From a candidate division FCPU426 bacterium (GTDB taxonomy: Bacteria > Oederibacteriota > Muellerivitia > Muellerivitales > Muellerivitaceae), in the NCBI GenBank assembly GCA_963771075.1, contig CAVYSE010000011.1:384001-448000 (forward strand): DNA of 64,000 bases, read 5' to 3'. Of the stretch, positions 57,153 to 64,000 are shown piece after piece (within the stretch, counting starts at the first letter, position 1; each line of letters opens with the position of its first letter). The position numbers and the translations under genes are program-made. Under the pieces are notes generated by a model that saw only the letters and a list, made by a program, of their open reading frames with translations, was not told the DNA's origin and did not search any database.

Positions 57153-58931
57153 GTGAATTTAAGGGGAGCTTTATACCTATCCCTATTGTTTTCAGGCGTC
57201 CTGTTTCTTTATTCCTGCACCCGTCCCATGTCGGTTTCACCCACCAGCCCCGCCATGCCCAAGACTCCCACCCTGACGGTCGCCGTCGGAAGCCTTTCTT
57301 CCACCTTTTCCCCCACCCTGGTCCTTACCCCTTCTTTCACCGGTACCGTGACGAACACCGTTACACCCGCCCCCTCCTCCACCCCTTCGTCTACCCTCAC
57401 CCTTAGTCCCAGTTCTTCCTATACCCCAACCCTGGCGCCAACTTCGACGCCTTCCCTTCAGCCCACTCCATCCTATACCGCTACTTGGGTGATGACCGTA
57501 ACGGATTCCCCGACCGCGGTTCCTACAACCATCTTTTCCGAAACTCCCACGGAAACCGCGACTTTGCCTTTCACCTCGACGGATTCCCCTACGCCCACGG
57601 TCACCTCGACGGCGACCCTGGTGAACACGCCGACGAATACCATGACCGCGACCGCTCCCGTCGCCTATTCGGATACACCCACACCGACCGAGACGATCAC
57701 CGACAGCTTTACCTTGACCGACACCCCGACCCTTTCACCGACTATTACGAACAGCCCCACCCTTTCGGATACTCCAACCCTGGTTTTCACTTCAACCGCC
57801 ACCCCTCAGCCTATCAACACCGCGACTGAGACCTGGACGAGTACGGTAGCAAATACTTTGACCCCTTCCGAAACATCAACTTTTTCCTTCACTCCGCTAT
57901 CCACTTCGACTCCCTCCCATACCCCGACCCAAACAGGGGTTTTCACGCCATCCGGTACGCCCACGGAGACTTTAACCATCACCGTGACCGTTAGCCCGGT
58001 GATGACCACGACCCTGACTTTGACGGCCTCACCGACCCCCACGGCATCACCTGGCGCCACCCGCACGGTGACACTCACTCCGACGGGAAGTTATACTCCG
58101 GTCTTTTCCGTTACGGCCACCCAGACCCTGACTTCCTCCCCTTCGCCAACCTATTCGGCCAGTGCCAGCCCAACCCCCACCAACAGCCTCACCCCGACCG
58201 TAAGCGGAACTCCCATCCCTTCCAATACGTCCACTCGAACCCAGACCTTGACGCCCTCCGCGACCCCTACTGCCAGTGAAAGCCCTACCCCCACCGGTAC
58301 CAACACCCCTACCCGGACCTTCACTTTAACCCCCACCCTATCCACTACCCCGAGTAATAGCCCTACCGCTACAAACACTTGGACCCTTACCACTACGGCA
58401 AGCATTACACCCACCGTTTCCAACTCGCCCACCCGGACGGTTTCCTTGACGCCGTCCCCGACAACCACGGCCAGTTTCAGCCCCACCGCGACCAAAACGA
58501 ATACTCCCGGCTCGACCGTGACCTCCACCGCCACACTTACGAACACTCCCACAGGGACGCCGACACCGACAGTCACGGTCACGCAGACGACTATTTCCTT
58601 CTCCCAAACCCTGTATCCGATCATTTCCACGTCTTGTTTTAGCTGCCACGCGAACGGGGCGGCGTCGGGGGGGATGAACCTGGGAAATCCCGCCAGCGCA
58701 TCGACCGTTTATGCGCTCTGGCTTGGCACGGGAACGGGGGGCACCGCTAGCACGACCAATAACTGCGGAATCGCCGACTACATCGTTCCCGGAAACCCCG
58801 CCTCCAGTCTGGTGCTTCAGAAATTGAACGGTACCTGCGCGCCCCAAATGCCGGATGGCGGGCCTTTTTTAACCACTGCCCAGATCGCCGAGTTCACCAA
58901 CTGGATCAATGCGGGCGCGCCTAATAATTAG
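57153..58931 (+). CDS. Lipoprotein: long Thr/Ser/Pro stalk plus monoheme cytochrome c
   Basis: GTG after GGAGG, lipobox LYSC, about 460-aa T/S/P linker, C-terminal CFSCH...QMP domain. Confidence 0.87.
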   Translation: MNLRGALYLSLLFSGVLFLYSCTRPMSVSPTSPAMPKTPTLTVAVGSLSSTFSPTLVLTPSFTGTVTNTVTPAPSSTPSSTLTLSPSSSYTPTLAPTSTPSLQPTPSYTATWVMTVTDSPTAVPTTIFSETPTETATLPFTSTDSPTPTVTSTATLVNTPTNTMTATAPVAYSDTPTPTETITDSFTLTDTPTLSPTITNSPTLSDTPTLVFTSTATPQPINTATETWTSTVANTLTPSETSTFSFTPLSTSTPSHTPTQTGVFTPSGTPTETLTITVTVSPVMTTTLTLTASPTPTASPGATRTVTLTPTGSYTPVFSVTATQTLTSSPSPTYSASASPTPTNSLTPTVSGTPIPSNTSTRTQTLTPSATPTASESPTPTGTNTPTRTFTLTPTLSTTPSNSPTATNTWTLTTTASITPTVSNSPTRTVSLTPSPTTTASFSPTATKTNTPGSTVTSTATLTNTPTGTPTPTVTVTQTTISFSQTLYPIISTSCFSCHANGAASGGMNLGNPASASTVYALWLGTGTGGTASTTNNCGIADYIVPGNPASSLVLQKLNGTCAPQMPDGGPFLTTAQIAEFTNWINAGAPNN

Positions 58932-59125
58932 CCTCCCATTCCCCTGAACCCGCTTCCCCTTTTTTAAGGATCTTCATGGCCGTTATCAAATAAACATGTC
59001 TATAAAATCCGTTGTGGCGCATGTTTATTTTTTGTTCGGGGCTAATCCACAATGGGGAAGCAAAGGCATTCAATCGTGTCGCCTTGGAATGGGGAGGGTC
59101 CTCCCACCTGCGTGCTTGAGAAACC

Positions 59126-60214
59126 TTAATAGAACAAAAAGGCGTCCGCCATCACCATGTCCTCGACCGGGCCCAAGAGGGCGTAATTGGGGTTGCTGGT
59201 GGAAGGGGCGGTGCGGGCCAGGTCGAGCTGAAATTTAAGGTTGTGCACCGGATAACAGCGGAAGCTAACCACGTGCCGGTAGCCCTCCGACGCGTTCGTG
59301 CCCATGGAATCCCACAGCCATTCGGTGGCCAGCCGCAGGTAACAGTCATACCCCAGGTCCCCTTCCGCGCTCAGGTGATAGGCCTGGATATTATCCTGGG
59401 TGTTTGAGGTCAATCCGTTATATCCCGCGTCGAACTCCGCCAGCAGGACCACCGGGGCGATCCGGCCCCAGCCATAGACCCCGTAACGGACCTGATCGGT
59501 GGTCAGGACCAGGTTTTCGGCGAAGAGGGAACCCGCCAGCGCCCATCCATCCCCGGTGACGCCCCCCTTCCCGGATAGGACCTTGCCGGAGGTGGCCTGG
59601 TCCCCGTTAAAGAAAGCCAGGTTCAGGAAGGCCGGGTCGGGGTAGATGCCCCCTTCCAAACCCTCGGCCGGATTGTTGTCGAAACTGAACCCTAAAGCGT
59701 TGCGGACCAGGCTGTTGTCATCGGCCAGTTCCAGGCCGTAGGGTACGGTGAATTTACCCACCTTCAAAAAGCCTCCGTCGGGCAGGCTCGTCCACAAGGC
59801 GTAGATCTCGCGCGTTTCCATGTCGTCCAAACGGTAAGTCAAGACGCCTGTCAGGTCCGGGTTGGCCTTCACCCCGACCTCCAGGGCCTGCCGGCCGCTG
59901 GAAAAACCATTTTGGTTCGGGGAGGGGGCCGCGTTAAAGGTGGAAAAGTAGGCCTCGTGGATATCCAAACCCACGGAGACCTGGGCAGGGATGAGCTTGG
60001 CCGCGTCCTGGGTGGCTTTATCCATTTCCTCCCAATCGAAGGTGGCCAGTTTGTTTCCGTAGTTTTTCCCGAATCCGTCGCGGAGCCATCCCCCCGTTTG
60101 GTTCACGTGGCAGGCGTTGCAGTTGACGCCCTTCCAGGCGGCGAAATAGGGCTCGGACCAACCGAGGGCAGGTCCTAAGACCAGAAATAAAAACGTTAGG
60201 TCTTTAAATTTCAT
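59126..60214 (-). CDS. Cyc2-like N-terminal monoheme cytochrome c / beta-barrel porin fusion
   Basis: Signal peptide, EPYFAAWKGVNCNACHVNQTGG, porin-like body (VGKF..PYG, amphipathic strands), ends AFLFY. Confidence 0.75.
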   Translation of the reverse strand: MKFKDLTFLFLVLGPALGWSEPYFAAWKGVNCNACHVNQTGGWLRDGFGKNYGNKLATFDWEEMDKATQDAAKLIPAQVSVGLDIHEAYFSTFNAAPSPNQNGFSSGRQALEVGVKANPDLTGVLTYRLDDMETREIYALWTSLPDGGFLKVGKFTVPYGLELADDNSLVRNALGFSFDNNPAEGLEGGIYPDPAFLNLAFFNGDQATSGKVLSGKGGVTGDGWALAGSLFAENLVLTTDQVRYGVYGWGRIAPVVLLAEFDAGYNGLTSNTQDNIQAYHLSAEGDLGYDCYLRLATEWLWDSMGTNASEGYRHVVSFRCYPVHNLKFQLDLARTAPSTSNPNYALLGPVEDMVMADAFLFY

Positions 60215-60291
60215 GAGACACTCCTTAAAAATAAATTAAAGCCCGAGTTTTCGGCGCCTTTGTACAAGGGATTTCATCCGAACCGGTTCTT

Positions 60292-60714
60292 TTAGTTGAC
60301 CAGGATGTTCCCGACCATTCCGGTGCAGGCGCCTCCCGGGCAGCCGGTCGCGCAGGAAGCGTGGTTGGAACAATGGAAGGAATAGGTCCCTGGGCTATTG
60401 AAGGTTTGGGTCACGGGAAAGGTCGTGTTTCCGCTGACGAGACAGGAAGTTCCATTGTCGATATAGAGGGGATGGAGGGCGCCCACATTGGAGGCGTCCC
60501 AAACCACGGATTGCCCATGGGTGATCGTTAGGGGAGCGCTTAGGGCGACCCCCGCGATGGAGTAGCGGTATCCGGAGGTGGTGGAGATGGCCCCTACCGT
60601 GCTGGCGATGACCGAGGATGGGGGAGCGGTTTGGGTGGGCGCTCCCACGTACTCGCAAGCGATGGATGTCAGGAGAATGGAAGACAACAAGCTTAAAAAG
60701 ATGGCTTTTTTCAT
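60292..60714 (-). CDS. Cupredoxin-like lipoprotein
   Basis: Lipobox SIAC, LTI..GQSV.W, HPLY, F.SPGTY.FHC..H...GM.G.I.V. Confidence 0.8.
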   Translation of the reverse strand: MKKAIFLSLLSSILLTSIACEYVGAPTQTAPPSSVIASTVGAISTTSGYRYSIAGVALSAPLTITHGQSVVWDASNVGALHPLYIDNGTSCLVSGNTTFPVTQTFNSPGTYSFHCSNHASCATGCPGGACTGMVGNILVN

Positions 60715-60754
60715 GGTCAAACACCTCACGCTGGATGGAAATGCTTTAATTTTG

Positions 60755-60782
60755 AATAGGGGTAGGGCGGGGCCGGGGTTAC
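60755..60782 (-). promoter_or_regulatory. ECF promoter (leftward)
   Basis: GTAACC-N16-CCTATT on the minus strand. Confidence 0.75.
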
Positions 60783-60812
60783 AGGATTAGGTCAATTAAT
60801 TTTCATTATTTA

Positions 60813-60840
60813 GTAACCCCGGGAGCCCTTTTCGGTTATT
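60813..60840 (+). promoter_or_regulatory. ECF promoter (rightward)
   Basis: GTAACC-N16-GTTATT. Confidence 0.7.
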
Positions 60841-60915
60841 GAGTTTTGGTACCTTGGTGAAATAGGACATGAGGTCCTGGGCGGGCCTGATATTACAGGG
60901 AGAAGAAGGTTAACC

Positions 60916-61389
60916 ATGCTTTATCGCCGTGTTCGGATAGCCCTGTTGCTGGCTTTCCCTTGGCTCTTCCTTTCTGTCGGCCTGGCCCATTCAACGGGCG
61001 ACCCAAAATTGGAATGGGCGATCCGGGAAATCGCGAAGGATTACCAGGCGAAGGTCGAGCCTTTGTTCCGGGAGAGCTGTTTTGACTGCCATTCCAGCTT
61101 CACCCGTTATCCCTGGTACCACCGCCTCCCGGTCATTCGGGGGATGATCGACGAGGATATCGCGCAAGCGCGGAAACATTTGGACATGTCCAATGGCTTT
61201 CCATTCCAGGGGGAGGTTAAACTGAAAAGCGGTCTGAAGGCCATCGCCTACCAGGTGGCCCAGGGAAAGATGCCCCTATTCCAATACCGTTGGATGCATC
61301 CGCGGAGCGCCTTGACGGATGGACAGAAGCAGGATATCGAGGATTGGGTGGATCGAAGCCTGGATCGCCTTGACCAGGCGGGGGAATAG
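60916..61389 (+). CDS. Secreted monoheme c protein (Haem-binding-domain type)
   Basis: SCFDCHS..T.YPWY, DI..AR.HL, GKMPL..Y..MHP...LT...K..I..W. Confidence 0.87.
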   Translation: MLYRRVRIALLLAFPWLFLSVGLAHSTGDPKLEWAIREIAKDYQAKVEPLFRESCFDCHSSFTRYPWYHRLPVIRGMIDEDIAQARKHLDMSNGFPFQGEVKLKSGLKAIAYQVAQGKMPLFQYRWMHPRSALTDGQKQDIEDWVDRSLDRLDQAGE

Positions 61390-61432
61390 GCCGAGAGCTG
61401 GAAAATGATGGGTTCAACTTAAGGGGGATTGC

Positions 61433-61855
61433 ATGAGAAAAACATTGTTCGCGTTAGGTTTGGCGGCGGCCGTGGCGGGGTTCACGGGCCTTTACGGGGG
61501 GGACATGGCGGGTATGGGGGCGGACACGGCTCCCGCCTCGAAGACCGTTACCGTGACCGGGACCCTGGTGGATGTGATGTGTTATTTGGAGGAAGGGGCG
61601 ACCGGCAATGACCACGACGGCATGAAGGCCTGCGGAACCGCCTGCCTAAAGGGCGGAAGCCCGGCGGGAGTGCTGGTGGGAAAGAAATTGTACAACCTGG
61701 CCTTTCCCGCGCCGGTCTTCATGGATTACGTGGGAATGACCGTCGAGTTCTCGGGGAAGGCCTATCTGGGCGACCAATTGATCCCGTCCAGGTTCTTTGT
61801 CATCAAGGACGGCAAGAAAACCGAGGTCAACATCAAGGGAAAGAGCATGATGTGA
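61433..61855 (+). CDS. Secreted small Cys/His/Met-rich protein
   Basis: Signal peptide; TG.LVDVMCY...H....CGTACLKGG.P.G pattern. Confidence 0.8.
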   Translation: MRKTLFALGLAAAVAGFTGLYGGDMAGMGADTAPASKTVTVTGTLVDVMCYLEEGATGNDHDGMKACGTACLKGGSPAGVLVGKKLYNLAFPAPVFMDYVGMTVEFSGKAYLGDQLIPSRFFVIKDGKKTEVNIKGKSMM

Positions 61856-61901
61856 GCCTGGACGCCCAACCGCCTCAAAAAGAATTGACCCCGGAGGTTC
61901 C

Positions 61902-62480
61902 GTGAGCAAGGGAAGGCTGGAGGCTTTCAGCGACGGGGTCATCGCGATCCTCATCACGATCATGGTGCTGGACCTGCGGGCGCCCCATGGGGCCGGGTGG
62001 ATGGACCTGAAGCCGGTCGTGCCCAACCTGATCGGCTATATCCTGAGTTTCGTCTTTTTGGGGATCTACTGGTCCAACCACCACCATCTTTTCCAGGCCG
62101 TTCAAAAGGTGAACGGCGCCATCCTGTGGGCGAACCTGCACCTCCTGTTCTGGCTTTCCCTCATTCCTTTCGTGACGAATTGGATGGGGAACACGGGTTT
62201 TACGGCCCTGCCGGTGTCCCTTTATGGCGTGGACCTTCTCTTCTCGGCACTGGCTTACTATATCCTGAACCTGGCACTGCTCGCCCGCCATGGGCCCCAA
62301 TCCGCCTTGGCCAAGGCGATCGGTAACCAGAAGAAGGAATACCTTTCGCTTTTCCTTTACTTAGCGGCAATTCCCTTTTCCTTCGTCGAATCCTGGATCG
62401 CTTACGGCCTTTATATCGCGGTCGCCGTCATGTGGCTGGTACCGGACCGGAGGATCGAAAATGCGCTGGAGGGGCTTTGA
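61902..62480 (+). CDS. TMEM175-family (DUF1211) potassium channel
   Basis: RLEAFSDGVIAILITIMVL, YWSNHH, PFVT.WMG. Confidence 0.92.
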   Translation: MSKGRLEAFSDGVIAILITIMVLDLRAPHGAGWMDLKPVVPNLIGYILSFVFLGIYWSNHHHLFQAVQKVNGAILWANLHLLFWLSLIPFVTNWMGNTGFTALPVSLYGVDLLFSALAYYILNLALLARHGPQSALAKAIGNQKKEYLSLFLYLAAIPFSFVESWIAYGLYIAVAVMWLVPDRRIENALEGL

Positions 62481-62612
62481 GGCCTCCCGCCCCTTGCGGA
62501 CAAACCCGAAATAAAATTCCCCAAGGATATTTATTTTTAGTTTGGGCCTAACCCATAATCACGACTTGGCTTTTCAAGCCGATAGGAATTCTTGAAATGG
62601 GGAGGTAGGAAA

Positions 62613-62825
62613 ATGAAGGCGTTCGTCAATCAGGGACGGTTTCTGCTGGGCACGGTAGGAGTGATGGGTTTGGCCGGGATGGCCCGCGCCGAGGAATTTG
62701 TGGCCAATCATATTCCCCTGAGCCCCCAACTTTCCCAGCCCCACGACGGTTGGATCACGATTGTGCCGGGAATCGTACTCGCGGTCTTGTCCTCATTCAT
62801 CTGGATCTTCGGAAAAAAGGGGTAG
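62613..62825 (+). CDS. Small exported/membrane hypothetical protein
   Basis: GGAGG RBS, signal peptide (ARA), C-terminal TM helix plus KK. Confidence 0.55.
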   Translation: MKAFVNQGRFLLGTVGVMGLAGMARAEEFVANHIPLSPQLSQPHDGWITIVPGIVLAVLSSFIWIFGKKG

Positions 62826-62872
62826 TCACCCTTTTATCAGGCTGTTGAAGCGGTTTGGGATCATCCGAAAAT

Positions 62873-62907
62873 AAAAAAGGGGCGCCAGGTTTCCAGCGCC
62901 CCTTTTA
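62873..62907. terminator. Bidirectional terminator
   Basis: aaaaaaggggcgc...gcgccccttttt between convergent genes. Confidence 0.85.
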
Positions 62908-62918
62908 CTTGAGCCGGC

Positions 62919-63509
62919 TTATTTACCTTCGAAATTCTTTCCGGCGAAATTCCAGTTAAGCACCTTCCAGAAGGCTTCCACGTACTTCGCCCGGGCGTTG
63001 CGGTAGTCGATGTAATAGGCGTGTTCCCAAACGTCGCAGGTGAAGAGGGGAATATGCCCCGTCGTGAGGGGGGTCCCGGCGTTGGCGGTGGTCTCGATCT
63101 TCAGGCTCTTGTCGGCGGGGTTGAGGCTTAGCCAGGCCCAGCCGGAGCCGAATTGGCCCAGGGCGGCCGCGGTGAATTGTTTCTCGAACTCGGCCCGTGA
63201 TCCGAAGGTCTTATCCAGGGCCGTGGCCAGCGCGCCCGAGGGGGACTGGTTCTTGTCGGCCGAGAGGCTGTTCCAGTAGAAGGAATGGTTAAAGTGCTGG
63301 GCGGCGTTGTTGAAGAGGGGGCCGGTGGCTTTGCGGATCAGGTCATCCAGGTGCAGGGCCTCCTCCGGAGTGCCGGCGATGAGCTTGTTCAAATTATCCA
63401 CGTAGGTCTGGTGGTGCTTCCCGTAGTGGAAATCGAAGGTCTCGACGCTCAAATAGGGGGCGAGGGCGTCCTTGGTATAGGGCAAATGAGGCAATTCGTA
63501 CTTCGGCAT
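62919..63509 (-). CDS. sodB: Fe superoxide dismutase
   Basis: HYGKHH, FNNAAQ..NH, FGSGWAW, NAGTP, DVWEHAYY; AAQ and NAG are Fe-type signatures. Confidence 0.95.
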   Translation of the reverse strand: MPKYELPHLPYTKDALAPYLSVETFDFHYGKHHQTYVDNLNKLIAGTPEEALHLDDLIRKATGPLFNNAAQHFNHSFYWNSLSADKNQSPSGALATALDKTFGSRAEFEKQFTAAALGQFGSGWAWLSLNPADKSLKIETTANAGTPLTTGHIPLFTCDVWEHAYYIDYRNARAKYVEAFWKVLNWNFAGKNFEGK

Positions 63510-63676
63510 GTCAGCTCCTTTTCAATTATGAAGAATGCGACAACCACCGCAATTTGACAGCTAGGGGTTCAAAAATCAATCCGACGCCCATAAAAAAAGG
63601 GGGGAAAAGGCCTAATAATGATTGGGGAATCCCTTTGGCGGGAAATGGAAACCGGTTTTTCCTACAATGTCCAGCC

Positions 63677-64000
63677 ATGACCTCCCCTTCCAACCGGATC
63701 CTTTACTCTTCCGATGTGATCCAAGCCGCGGTCCAGTCCACCGCGGAGAAAATTGCCGATTGGGTGGAAGCGTCCTCAATTCATGCCCTGGGGTGGGTGA
63801 CGGTGTTGGAAGGAGGGAAGCCCTTTTCGAGGGATCTTTACCACGAGGTCACTCGAAGGGTTCCCGGGTTGGCGCCCTTTTTGGGGGAAGTCCGGGTCAC
63901 GGCGACCTCCGGAACGAGCCTGTTGGAAGAAAGAAATATTGGTCATGATGAATTTGAAACCGGAAGTTATGCGGGACATTCCGGTTTTATTGGTGGACGA
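63677..64000 (+). CDS. Purine phosphoribosyltransferase (HPRT-like), partial, frameshift near 63930-63936
   Basis: ILYSSDVIQAAV...IA....VTVLEGG.PF..DL, then VLLVD (start of the PRPP motif) in the adjacent frame at the window end. Confidence 0.7.
   Translation, partial: MTSPSNRILYSSDVIQAAVQSTAEKIADWVEASSIHALGWVTVLEGGKPFSRDLYHEVTRRVPGLAPFLGEVRVTATSGTSLLEERNIGHDEFETGSYAGHSGFIGGR

Noticed and set aside
57200..58590. TxT-rich linker as an ice-nucleation or antifreeze protein
   Set aside because: Frequent Pro and the lack of strict fixed-length tandem repeats fit a spacer better; cannot be fully excluded without modelling.
62559..62585. Second sigma28-like promoter (TCACG-N14-GCCGATAG) before the small ORF at 62613
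   Set aside because: The -10 is good but the -35 is weak; not enough to call.

Overview
Bacterial chromosomal window from a GC-rich diderm (TolC, several C-terminal-aromatic beta-barrels, lipoproteins; AT-rich intergenic DNA). The taxon cannot be fixed from sequence alone. The left and middle parts are mostly housekeeping and nutrient genes: two tandem amtB-glnK units (the first behind a sigma54 promoter), a polysaccharide deacetylase, LacI, dsbD, Mrp/ApbC, sugar-phosphate nucleotidyltransferase-PMM and PGM, an adenylate cyclase/AAA ATPase/cutA/kinase/receiver run, mfd, csp, three SurA/parvulin genes (one fused to a beta-barrel), a Fur-boxed NRAMP, ada, argJ-thiL, tsaE-tsaB-rimI and a TetR-TolC-HlyD-ABC-2 exporter. 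The most notable region is 52.9-62.5 kb. An ECF sigma/NrsF-type anti-sigma pair shares a GTAAC(C/T)-N16-(C/G)(C/T)(T/A)AT(T/A) promoter motif with four nearby transcription units. These encode two lipoprotein monoheme cytochromes c on about 140- and about 460-residue Thr/Ser/Pro stalks, a Cyc2-like heme-porin fusion, a Cys-rich cupredoxin lipoprotein and a further heme protein, suggesting a co-regulated envelope redox module. Also found: small ORFs missed by the ORF track (a stand-alone zf-HC2 protein behind a sigma54 motif), a sigma28-type promoter, two families of periodic intergenic stem-loop repeats, a MITE-like element, and five single-base-deletion frameshifts that are probably sequencing errors. 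No rRNA, tRNA, CRISPR array, transposase or phage gene was recognised.
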